46,070 bases of DNA. It comes from an uncultured Clostridia bacterium. Its GTDB lineage: Bacteria > Bacillota > Clostridia > Oscillospirales > Ruminococcaceae. Every line of letters starts with the position of its first letter. Within the stretch, counting starts at the first letter, position 1. Under the pieces are notes generated by a model. That model saw only the letters and a list, made by a program, of their open reading frames with translations, did no database searches and had not been told where the DNA came from. A program made the translations under genes and the position numbers. Below are positions 1 through 9,160 of this stretch, in pieces. The stretch is from positions 1 to 46,070 of the forward strand of contig CANQOJ010000001.1 of NCBI GenBank assembly GCA_947625455.1, given 5' to 3'.

Positions 1-912
1 AAGGAACAAGGCGGACATGCTTCGGTCGAACCTGTTGTAAAACGATTGGGGATTATTACATATAACGCACCATATGATTTGGATAGGAATGATATTGATT
101 ATGAGGCTCTTAACCTTATGGTTGAAAAAGAAGGTATAAAATTTATACTTCTTGCACCATCCGATATTATAAAACCTATGGAAGTAAGCAGAATTAACAC
201 TGAACACACTGTACTTCTTTACGACTGCAGTCAAATAATGGGACTAATTGCTGCAGGCATTACGCCGAATCCGTTAAAAACAATGAATAATATTATTATG
301 TTTGGCGGAACTCATAAAACATTTCCGGGTCCAGCATCAGGTCTGATAATGACAAACGATAAGTATCTTCATGATAAAATGGAAACTACCATAAATCCAA
401 TTTATTTGAGACATTCTCAAATGCACCAGAAAATAAGCCTTTTATTTGCTATGCTCGAATTTGAAAAGTATGGTGCTGAATATATGAGCCATGTTGTACA
501 TTGCTCAAACTATCTTGGGCAAAGACTTCGCAAGTTAGGGTATGACGTGGCTGATGTCGGAGGTAAAATCTCCGAAACGCATCAAATATTTATAAGATGC
601 AGCAAAGAAGTAATGGACACTATCTATGATAATGCATATAAGTGCGAGGTTACGTTAAATAAGAAACACAAAGAGTTATTCCAGGGTTACGGAATTCGGC
701 TTGGAACGCAGGAGATAGCAAGATATGATTGGAATGATGAATCGCTTGATAAAGTCGCCGAAATAGTGGCTGCGCTATCTAAAAAGGATCCGGACATTGA
801 AAAAATCAAAAAAGAGGTAAGCAAGCTTCCTAAAAAAACAGTGCATTATACGTTTTCAAACAATGATATTGAGCCGTTTTGCAATCTTCTCGAAAATTCC
901 CGGGAATTTTAA
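1..912 (+). CDS. Divergent serine hydroxymethyltransferase-like / L-threonine transaldolase-like PLP enzyme (5' truncated by window)
   Basis: Frame is open from base 1 (KEQGGHASVEPVV...). Has the GGH motif, the PLP-lysine motif GGTHKTFPGP and C-terminal GIRLGTQEIAR typical of the SHMT fold. Confidence 0.8.
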   Translation, partial: KEQGGHASVEPVVKRLGIITYNAPYDLDRNDIDYEALNLMVEKEGIKFILLAPSDIIKPMEVSRINTEHTVLLYDCSQIMGLIAAGITPNPLKTMNNIIMFGGTHKTFPGPASGLIMTNDKYLHDKMETTINPIYLRHSQMHQKISLLFAMLEFEKYGAEYMSHVVHCSNYLGQRLRKLGYDVADVGGKISETHQIFIRCSKEVMDTIYDNAYKCEVTLNKKHKELFQGYGIRLGTQEIARYDWNDESLDKVAEIVAALSKKDPDIEKIKKEVSKLPKKTVHYTFSNNDIEPFCNLLENSREF

Positions 913-930
913 AGATGTTCGGAGAACATA

Positions 931-1986
931 ATGAAGAACAATTCAATTAGTAAATTGAAGGCATTAGCCTGCTATCTGGTTGTTTTAAACCATTTCAATC
1001 CAGTTCGGGGGGGTATAACGACCTATACTCTTTCTCATTGCGGAGTTCCGATATTCTTTTTGGTTAGCGGTTACTATTTTCTTGACAAAGACGGCAATTT
1101 GCCGTTAAGCAGACTGACCAAAAAAATAAAGCATATATGTTATCTGTTTATATGCCACATCATTTTATATTCTTTGTATCAGATTATCATTGAGGTGAGT
1201 GGTGGCAATTCTATTGTTGGAGCGTTTGGCAACCTTTTACCATATTTCAGTGTTAAAGCTTTTGCAAAGGCAATAATAATTGGCACGGGATTCATGGGCG
1301 GCGGAGAATGGTTTTTAGCATCTCTGATAGATGCCTATATAGTTATAGGGTTGTTTTTTCAAAATGAAAAAATAAGGAATATTATAAATAAGTTTTCGGC
1401 GTTGATTGCTGTTCTATTGTTATTTACACACATTTTTCTTAGAGCAGTCATTGTTAAAATCGGAATTACCGGAATTGGGGCATTTTCGTTTCTTGAAACA
1501 TATTCAGTACGTAATACATGGTTTGATGCTATTCCGTTTATGCTGATAGGAATGACTATCAGAAATAATAACTCTATTGTTATAAAACACCCTAAGATAG
1601 ATATAGCAATTGCTGTTATTATCAGTATTGGTGAAGGATATGCAAAAGATTATATTTTTGACCTTTCGGAAATGGGAATGGTATTATATACTGGCACTAT
1701 ATTTGCAGTTGTTTTTTTAATGATATGGTGCATTAACAATAATAGTAGCGAGAATATATTTTCGTATATTGGAGAAAAGCTTTCAATGTTGATATATTTT
1801 TTGCATCCAATAGTAGGATGGACAATGCAAGATATGGTAGAAATCTTTGTAACACAATCCTCTGGGTTTACCCAAAACTTTTTGTTTACAATCAGCATTA
1901 TGTTAGTAACAACTTTAATATCAATGGGAATTGTTTATGTAAAATCAAAAATAGATAATATAGTTTTGAGAAGAAATAGTACCTGA
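931..1986 (+). CDS. Acyltransferase family 3 (integral-membrane polysaccharide O-acyltransferase)
   Basis: N-terminal LKALACYLVVLNH, VPIFFLVSGY, WFL and SMLIYFLHP motifs; about 10 hydrophobic segments; GGAG RBS. Confidence 0.85.
   Translation: MKNNSISKLKALACYLVVLNHFNPVRGGITTYTLSHCGVPIFFLVSGYYFLDKDGNLPLSRLTKKIKHICYLFICHIILYSLYQIIIEVSGGNSIVGAFGNLLPYFSVKAFAKAIIIGTGFMGGGEWFLASLIDAYIVIGLFFQNEKIRNIINKFSALIAVLLLFTHIFLRAVIVKIGITGIGAFSFLETYSVRNTWFDAIPFMLIGMTIRNNNSIVIKHPKIDIAIAVIISIGEGYAKDYIFDLSEMGMVLYTGTIFAVVFLMIWCINNNSSENIFSYIGEKLSMLIYFLHPIVGWTMQDMVEIFVTQSSGFTQNFLFTISIMLVTTLISMGIVYVKSKIDNIVLRRNST
1007..1013 (+). repeat. G7 homopolymer near the 5' end of the acyltransferase (in frame)
   Basis: ccagttcGGGGGGGtataacg encodes PVRGGI inside a very AT-rich gene. 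Confidence 0.9.
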
Positions 1987-2023
1987 TAAAGAAAAAAATA
2001 CAAATGTATAAGAAGGTTAAATT

Positions 2024-3025
2024 ATGAGCATAGGTCTTATAAGCGTTATAATCCCGGTATACAATACCTCAAAAGATAAATTGGCACACTGTATGGATAG
2101 TGTTATGAATCAGACATACAGTGACCTAGAGATTATTATTGTAGACGATGGCTCAGAAAAGTATATTGCCGATGAAACTGACAGATATGAAGAAAAAGAT
2201 AAAAGAATCATAGTCATTCATACCATAAATTCCGGATTATCTCTTGCAAGAGCGAAAGGAATATCAGTCAGTACAGGAGAGTATATCTTCTTTTTGGATA
2301 GCGATGATGTTATATCTTTGAATGCAATTGAATGCTTAGTTGAGGCAATTCAAAATACCAATTCGGACTTAGCATTAGGCAGGTTATCAGTAATTTCGGA
2401 ATATCCGAAACTTGCCACCATTAAAGCAGACTACAATAATTTTAAAACATATAACAGCGTTGAGGCATTGGAGCATTTAATCACCTGCAATGGAATCGGT
2501 TCAACGGCTTGTTGTCGACTAGCAAAAAAAGAAGTATGGGGAGAGCAGCCTTTTTTGCCAGGAAGATTGCATGAAGATCTGGCATCAATGTGGGAAGTAT
2601 TCGAACGATGTAATAAAATAGCTGTTTATGACAAGGAATTGTATTTTTATTATCACGGAGACCAGTCAAGCATCCACAGTAAAAAGAACTCAAAAAAATT
2701 TTGTGTTGATTTTTGGAAAGCGTTTTATGAACGACATGAAAACCTGTTGCAACGGTATCCGAATATGAAGCAGGCGGATTGTTTCTCTTGTTTGATATAT
2801 TGCCCTCAGATATGGTCAGCAATCTATGATTCAAACAGCAGAGCGGAATTAAAAGGCATTAGTACAGAGTGTATAAATCTATTTAAAAGTTCATGGATTG
2901 TTGGGAAGAAATATGCAATAATGCATAACCTGAAATGGAGAAAATATATTCTGTTTCACTTTTCGCCTAGAATATATCATTTTATATATTCGGTGAGGAG
3001 AAAAATAAAAGGTATGAGGAAGTAG
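2024..3025 (+). CDS. Glycosyltransferase family 2
   Basis: ISVIIPVYN, IIVDDGS, NSGLSLAR, FFLDSDD and ED motifs. Confidence 0.95.
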   Translation: MSIGLISVIIPVYNTSKDKLAHCMDSVMNQTYSDLEIIIVDDGSEKYIADETDRYEEKDKRIIVIHTINSGLSLARAKGISVSTGEYIFFLDSDDVISLNAIECLVEAIQNTNSDLALGRLSVISEYPKLATIKADYNNFKTYNSVEALEHLITCNGIGSTACCRLAKKEVWGEQPFLPGRLHEDLASMWEVFERCNKIAVYDKELYFYYHGDQSSIHSKKNSKKFCVDFWKAFYERHENLLQRYPNMKQADCFSCLIYCPQIWSAIYDSNSRAELKGISTECINLFKSSWIVGKKYAIMHNLKWRKYILFHFSPRIYHFIYSVRRKIKGMRK

Positions 3026-3046
3026 GGAAATAACGAAATAATACAT

Positions 3047-4219
3047 ATGAAATTTGCATTGATATTAAGTTTTGTTTATATTATAATATTCAATTTAATT
3101 ATCATATTCTCTTCAAGATTAAAGATAACTGAATTTCAGTCAAAAGCGATGTTTGCTTTATTTTCTATTGCTTTATCAGCAATAGCGCTCAACATTAAAG
3201 GTTCTATAGGACTGGATTTGGATGTTCATTTCATGCTGATGAACGATATTAGAAATGCAGACATATCGTTTTTTGACTTTATGTTTGTCAACACAAATTA
3301 TGTTGGTGGAATACAATACTCTCAGTTATTAACCTTTAATATGTTAAGATGGTTTGTGGTTACTTTTTTTGATGATAATATGGTTTTGCCATGGATATGC
3401 GTAATTATAGATTATACAATTATAGGATATATTTATACAGATTGGTATGCAACAACAATCGGAAAAAATAAATATAGTATCACTCCTTTGGTAGTTTCAT
3501 TTTCTTTTTTGCCATTTGTGAATTGTTGCTCCGGAATGAGAAATGGATTATGTGCTTGTCTGTTAGCTTTGGGAATATATCTTTATCTTTATAAAAAGAA
3601 GAGATTTTTAATTTTTGCTTTATTGGCATTCCTGGCAGCAACGGTTCATCCTGCTGCAATTATCACTATACCGTTTGTTCTGATTTCTAAAATCAACATT
3701 GGAATATGGGGTTATATAGGAGTTTTTGTGCTGTCCATTTCTGCCCAAAATGTTGCAAAATGGATGTCTCAGTCGGGAAACCTCTATTTGAGTATCATAG
3801 GAAGTAAATATTATACTTATACTTCAGAATCCCAATACCGCGCCTCACGCGCTCCTCTTTATACAGTATTAATTCTTATAATAATATTTCTTGTTATTTA
3901 TTTTGTTGTTCATTTCAAAAATAAATATGATTTTTCTGCCAATGGTCGTGACTTTATATATAGTTTTTTGGCGGTGTATATGGTTTACATACTTGGAAAT
4001 ATTGGAAATTATGATATGGTACTTCGCCCAGCATATGTACTTGGTCCACTATCTCCTGTGTTATGTTCTATGATATTAGATAAGACGCTTTGGATACAAA
4101 GCAAGCTAAACTCACGGGTGCAAAATGTTATTCGTATAATTTGCATTGCAGGTTGCTTTATTTGTGGCACATACTTGCAAATTAAACTTGCTTCAGTTCA
4201 GGCAAAATACTTTATATAA
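3047..4219 (+). CDS. EpsG-family polysaccharide polymerase (Wzy)
   Basis: Multi-TM 390 aa protein with EpsG-like motifs GMRNGLCACL and LAATVHPAA; locus context. Confidence 0.75.
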   Translation: MKFALILSFVYIIIFNLIIIFSSRLKITEFQSKAMFALFSIALSAIALNIKGSIGLDLDVHFMLMNDIRNADISFFDFMFVNTNYVGGIQYSQLLTFNMLRWFVVTFFDDNMVLPWICVIIDYTIIGYIYTDWYATTIGKNKYSITPLVVSFSFLPFVNCCSGMRNGLCACLLALGIYLYLYKKKRFLIFALLAFLAATVHPAAIITIPFVLISKINIGIWGYIGVFVLSISAQNVAKWMSQSGNLYLSIIGSKYYTYTSESQYRASRAPLYTVLILIIIFLVIYFVVHFKNKYDFSANGRDFIYSFLAVYMVYILGNIGNYDMVLRPAYVLGPLSPVLCSMILDKTLWIQSKLNSRVQNVIRIICIAGCFICGTYLQIKLASVQAKYFI

Positions 4220-4233
4220 GATAATAAGGTCGG

Positions 4234-4622
4234 ATAAAAACGAGTACATCAAGAAAACAATCAAATATTGAACTTCTTCGTGTCATTGCCATGCTCATGG
4301 TTACAATGCTGTATGCTCTCGGTCATGGCGGTGTACTTGAACAATATGATTTCGGTACATTTGGATATGTGTTTTTTGGTTTATCGAAACATTTTGCTAT
4401 GTTGCAGTAAACGTTTTTGTTTTGATAACCGGTTATTTTATGATTCAATCGGAATTTAAAATATCACGGGTGATAAAAACATTTTTTCAGGTAGAATTTT
4501 TTTCAATATTGTGTTTGATAGCGGCTAAATATATTTTTCATTCATCAATTGGTCTGAAAGAATTCGTATCTGAGATTTTCCGTAAAATATTTGTTAGATG
4601 GTGTAGACTTACAATTATTTAA
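4234..4622 (+). pseudogene. Acyltransferase-3 remnant
   Basis: Frame 1 reads RKQSNIELLRVIAMLMVTML...; a -1 shift at T6 (4372-4377) continues WFIETFCYVAVNVFVLITGYF. ATA stands where a start codon is expected after TAAGGT. Truncated at about 130 codons. Confidence 0.8.
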
Positions 4623-4758
4623 GATAAAACGTTGTAATTTCACAAACAAAGTAAGCCTCAAAATATAGTTGATATTCTGTAATTACGGCATTAGAGCCAT
4701 AAATTATTGTTTTGCTTTTAAATAAAGCTAAACTAAAATGAAAGGTGATAAAATCAAC

Positions 4759-5604
4759 ATGAATGATTTGCAGAAAAAAATTTTTGAAATCTTTTTGGAA
4801 GTAAAGCGGATATGCGAAAAGCACAATCTTAGATACTGGGCAGTATCAGGAACTTGTCTTGGTGCTGTTCGCCATAAAGGATTTATCCCTTGGGATGATG
4901 ATTTGGATATAGCTATGCCAGATGATGATTATTTAAGCTTTTTAGAAATTGCCCCCAAGGAATTGAATTATCCTTTTCGGCTTATTACTGAGTGCGAAGC
5001 TAAACATTCTACTTGCTTATTTGCCAAAGTTCATAATATTGAAACTACTATGGTAGAGACTTTAGAAGTAAACTACACTGACACTTATAAAGGCATATTT
5101 ATTGACATATTTCCATTTAATGGTCTGCCAAAAAATAAATTTATAAGAACATTATATATATGGAAATTAATAACAATTGAAACCATGAACATTAAACAAA
5201 GATGGCCAATATACGCATCAAAGACTTTGAAGGGAAAGCTTTTGTATTTGGTTTTAAAGCCGATAAATACTCTGCTCCCTTATGGATATTGGGTGAATAT
5301 TTGGAAAAGAAATGCATTTAAATATAGTTTTGATAAATCTTGTTATTCTACATTTGCCAATGATAGAGAGGCGTTTAAATTAGTTTTTTCCCATGAATGT
5401 TTAAATGGCTTTGTAGAAGTGCCCTTTGAAAGTTCAACAATAAAGATACCGCAAGGATGGGATGAGATGTTACAAAAATTGTATGGGAACTATATGGAAT
5501 TACCACCTAAAGATGAAAGGCAGTCTCGTCATTCAGGCGGTATAGTGGATTTGGAAAGATCTTATAAGTCTTATTGTACTGAAAGCAAAAATAATACAGA
5601 TTAA
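4759..5604 (+). CDS. licD: LicD-family phosphotransferase
   Basis: GTCLGAVRHKGFIPWDDDLDI, GIFIDIFP and YGNYMELPP motifs; AAAGGTG RBS before ATG 4759. Confidence 0.92.
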   Translation: MNDLQKKIFEIFLEVKRICEKHNLRYWAVSGTCLGAVRHKGFIPWDDDLDIAMPDDDYLSFLEIAPKELNYPFRLITECEAKHSTCLFAKVHNIETTMVETLEVNYTDTYKGIFIDIFPFNGLPKNKFIRTLYIWKLITIETMNIKQRWPIYASKTLKGKLLYLVLKPINTLLPYGYWVNIWKRNAFKYSFDKSCYSTFANDREAFKLVFSHECLNGFVEVPFESSTIKIPQGWDEMLQKLYGNYMELPPKDERQSRHSGGIVDLERSYKSYCTESKNNTD

Positions 5605-5609
5605 ATTAA

Positions 5610-7076
5610 TTGATTATGATAATTTTGAAAAATTTTACAGAAAAATACAATAAACTTCCGCTTCATATCCGTGCCTCTGTATGGTATTTCATCTGTTCGT
5701 TTCTTCAAAAGGGCATTTCTGTATTATCTACCCCAATTTTTACACGTCTTTTGACAACGGAAGAATACGGTGAATACAATGTTTTCAATTCATGGTTAGG
5801 TATAGTTTCCATTTTCATTACTCTTAGACTTTATTACGGAGTATACGAACAGGGACTTATCAAATTTGAAGATGAGAGAGAGGCATTCACTTCATCGCTT
5901 CAAGGACTCACGCTTACCATGATTTCGGCGTGGACGGCAATATATTTAATTTTCAGAAGTTTTTGGAACAGTTTGTTATCGCTTACTACTGTTCAGATGT
6001 TGTCAATGCTTGTGATGACGTGGACGACGGCGGTTTATAATTTTTGGGCTACGGAACAAAGAGTCAAGCTGAACTATCAAAAGCTTGTTATTATTACCTG
6101 TTTGGTGACAATCTCCAAACCAGTAATAGGGATTATATTTGTTATAAATGCAGAAGATAAGGTGACTGCAAGGATCCTCGGCCTTGTGCTTGTTGAACTT
6201 ATAGCATATTCTTGGATGTTTGTGGCGCAGATGAAACGTGGCAAGAAGTTTTTCTCAGGAAAAATTTGGAAATATGTTATTGGATTTAACCTTCCTCTTG
6301 TTCCGCACTACCTTTCTCAAGTGATTCTTAGCAGTTCGGATAGAATAATGATAAGTAAAATGATCAGCGAAGATGTGGCAGGAATTTACAGTCTTGCCTA
6401 TTCCATCTCAATGATAATGGGCCTCTTTAATACGGCTTTGTCGCAGACATTAAGTCCATGGATACTGCAGAAAATAAAAGTCGGAAAAGTTAAGGAAACG
6501 GAGTCGATTGGATATATATCCTTGTCAATAATTGCAGGAGTAAATTTAGTTCTTATCGCATTTGCCCCAGAAGCTGTAGCACTTTTTGCGCCAATAGCTT
6601 ATCACGATGCAATATGGGTTATACCTCCTGTTGCTATGAGTGTATACTTTATGTATGCATATGATTTGTTTTCAAATATCGAGTTTTACTACGAAAAAAC
6701 AAAATTCATAATGGTTGCAAGCATGCTGGCTGCAATTTTAAATGTTATATTAAATTATGTTTTTATTGGAATGTTCAGCTATTATGCTGCAGGATATACA
6801 ACCTTGTTTTGTTATATGGTGTATGCGATTTCTCACTATTTGTTTATGAGGCATATAAGTAAAATACAGATGCATTGTGAGGCAGTTTATAAAGCCAAAA
6901 AACTTTTTTGCATTTCTGGTATTTTTTTGTTGCTCGGCTTTCTCTTCACATTTACTTATAATTTTATGATTTTGAGATATTTAATTTGTGCGTTTATTCT
7001 AGCCATATTGTTGATTAAACATAAAACTATAATTAGATTGATTGTAGAAGTAATATCTAAGAAAAAAGAAGTATAA
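5610..7076 (+). CDS. Polysaccharide flippase (Wzx)
   Basis: PIFTRLLTTEEYG, PLVPHYLS, SDRIMI and AGIYSLAY motifs; 12-14 TM segments. Confidence 0.9.
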   Translation: MIMIILKNFTEKYNKLPLHIRASVWYFICSFLQKGISVLSTPIFTRLLTTEEYGEYNVFNSWLGIVSIFITLRLYYGVYEQGLIKFEDEREAFTSSLQGLTLTMISAWTAIYLIFRSFWNSLLSLTTVQMLSMLVMTWTTAVYNFWATEQRVKLNYQKLVIITCLVTISKPVIGIIFVINAEDKVTARILGLVLVELIAYSWMFVAQMKRGKKFFSGKIWKYVIGFNLPLVPHYLSQVILSSSDRIMISKMISEDVAGIYSLAYSISMIMGLFNTALSQTLSPWILQKIKVGKVKETESIGYISLSIIAGVNLVLIAFAPEAVALFAPIAYHDAIWVIPPVAMSVYFMYAYDLFSNIEFYYEKTKFIMVASMLAAILNVILNYVFIGMFSYYAAGYTTLFCYMVYAISHYLFMRHISKIQMHCEAVYKAKKLFCISGIFLLLGFLFTFTYNFMILRYLICAFILAILLIKHKTIIRLIVEVISKKKEV

Positions 7077-7352
7077 ATTTTATATTTCGCTGTGATGATT
7101 TATGTATATAATCTTATTTGTTGCTAGCTCTATTAAGGGAACAAAATAAAAATTTTGTTATATAGTTATTATGTAATATGGTTTATATTTTATTTTGGTT
7201 ATTATGCCATAGTGAATGACAATGGAGATTCGCTCCCTTATGTATGGATTTTTTCACATTAACGATTTTAAGTAAAAGCAGTTTATATTGTTAATTTTTT
7301 TGGTTAGTTGAAAGCATATTAAAATAATAAAAATATTATAAGGAGAAGTAAA

Positions 7353-8411
7353 ATGTTTTATGTTAATGAATTGGTAAAAAACACTATTCGTGTACCTCAG
7401 CCCGAGGGTCGAGGCGCATACATCCGTTTGGATCAAAATGAGAATCCCGACGGGCTGCCAAAATGGTTGTTTGATTCCGTTATGGAAAAAGTAACGCCTG
7501 AATTTCTGGCTATTTATCCCGAAGAAACTGTTCCAACCGAAAAGTATGCAAAGATGCTCGGACTTAAAAAGGAAAACGTCACATTAACCGATGGCAGCAC
7601 CGTGGGAATGGGATATGTTATTAAAATCTTCGGACAGTCGGGCAAAGACATTCTATGTGTAACTCCATCTTTTGCAATGTATGAGGTATATGCTGAGATG
7701 ATAGGCATGAAGGTCAAAAATCTTAAGTATGAAAACGATTTTTCCTACAGAATAGAAAATACTCTGAATGCCATAAACGAAGATACAGGCATTGTTGTTC
7801 TTGTCAATCCCAATATGCCGGTGGGCAATGTTTACAGCAAAGAAGATATAATCAGTATCATTAACAAAGCAAAACAGCATAATGCTATTGTTATCATTGA
7901 TGAAGCGTACTATTATTTCTACGACAAGACCTCTATTGATTTGATAAAGGAATATGACAATGTATTTGTGCTCAGAACATTTTCAAAAATGTTGTCAATT
8001 CCATCTCTTAGGTTGGGAGTTATAATGTCATCTGAGGAAAATATAAAGTACATAAATAATTACAAGCCTCATTATACCGTTAATTCAATTGCGCTGCTTT
8101 TTGCGGAAGCAATTGTTGACAATCACGACAAATTACTTGCTGAATTGAATGAACAGTATCTTGAGGGCAAGGATTATATCACTAAAGCCCTTAACGACAA
8201 CGAATATGAAACAATTCCGTCTGAAGGCTGTTATGTATGCATAAAGCCTAAACATAAGACTTCAAGAGAAATTACAGATTTACTTAAAGAGAACGGCATT
8301 CTGATACTTTGCGGGAAAGGCGGACTTACAGGCTGGTTGAGGCTTACTATTGCACATAAGAAATACATGGAATTATTTATAAATACTTTGCTTAAAATTG
8401 ATAAGGAATAA
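7353..8411 (+). CDS. HisC/CobD-like class I/II PLP enzyme (aminotransferase or decarboxylase)
   Basis: IRLDQNENP, VNPNMPVG, IIDEAYY and RTFSK(PLP Lys)...LRLG motifs; TAAGGAG RBS; no his genes nearby. Confidence 0.85.
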   Translation: MFYVNELVKNTIRVPQPEGRGAYIRLDQNENPDGLPKWLFDSVMEKVTPEFLAIYPEETVPTEKYAKMLGLKKENVTLTDGSTVGMGYVIKIFGQSGKDILCVTPSFAMYEVYAEMIGMKVKNLKYENDFSYRIENTLNAINEDTGIVVLVNPNMPVGNVYSKEDIISIINKAKQHNAIVIIDEAYYYFYDKTSIDLIKEYDNVFVLRTFSKMLSIPSLRLGVIMSSEENIKYINNYKPHYTVNSIALLFAEAIVDNHDKLLAELNEQYLEGKDYITKALNDNEYETIPSEGCYVCIKPKHKTSREITDLLKENGILILCGKGGLTGWLRLTIAHKKYMELFINTLLKIDKE

Positions 8412-8422
8412 TCAAACAGGCT

Positions 8423-9136
8423 ATGCAAAATTACGTTATATTATTAGCAGGCGGCGTAGGAAAAAGAATGGGTTCTGTTATACCAAAGCAGTTTATTGAG
8501 GTCAATGGGAAACCCATAATTGCATATTCTATCGAAAACTTTCAGCGCAATCCGCAGATTGATAAAATTGTTGTAGTATGTGTGAAGAACTGGACAGATA
8601 AGCTTAAAGAAATTGTTACGAAATATTCTCTTTCCAAAGTTGAATGGATAATCGAAGGTGGAAATACCGGTCACGACTCTATCAGAAATGGCGTGTTTTT
8701 CCTTAAGGACAAGCTTAAACCTGACGATTATATCATCGTTCACGATGCCGTCAGACCGATTTTGCCGCAAAAGGCTATTGATGAGGTAATTCGGGTCGCA
8801 CATGAAAAAGGCAATGCTTCATCGTCAATTGCCTGCCACCCGCCTATCGTTTATACTGACAATTTTAAATCAGGTATAAAGGATATTGACAGGGAACACA
8901 TAATGCTCACTGCTTCACCGCAGGCATTTCAATATTCTCTTGCGCTAAAATGCTATGAGAAAGCAGAGCAGGAAAACAAGCACGATTTTACTTTTACAAG
9001 TTCACTGCTTATTCATTGCAAAGAAAGAGTGTATTTTGCCAAAGGTACAACGTGTAATATCAAAATCACAACAAAAGCGGATATAGCTTTGTTTGAAGCA
9101 TTGCTTCAAGTGCCGGAAGAATTACTATATGACTAA
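8423..9136 (+). CDS. IspD/TarI-family polyol-phosphate cytidylyltransferase
   Basis: LLAGGVGKRMG..PKQF, HDAVRP and NIKITT motifs. Confidence 0.9.
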   Translation: MQNYVILLAGGVGKRMGSVIPKQFIEVNGKPIIAYSIENFQRNPQIDKIVVVCVKNWTDKLKEIVTKYSLSKVEWIIEGGNTGHDSIRNGVFFLKDKLKPDDYIIVHDAVRPILPQKAIDEVIRVAHEKGNASSSIACHPPIVYTDNFKSGIKDIDREHIMLTASPQAFQYSLALKCYEKAEQENKHDFTFTSSLLIHCKERVYFAKGTTCNIKITTKADIALFEALLQVPEELLYD

Positions 9137-9160
9137 AAATCCAACGCAAAAGGAATCTCA

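Noticed and set aside
7077-7352. Possible decayed membrane-protein gene or ncRNA in the AT-rich gap
   Set aside because: No consistent frame, motif or stable hairpin.
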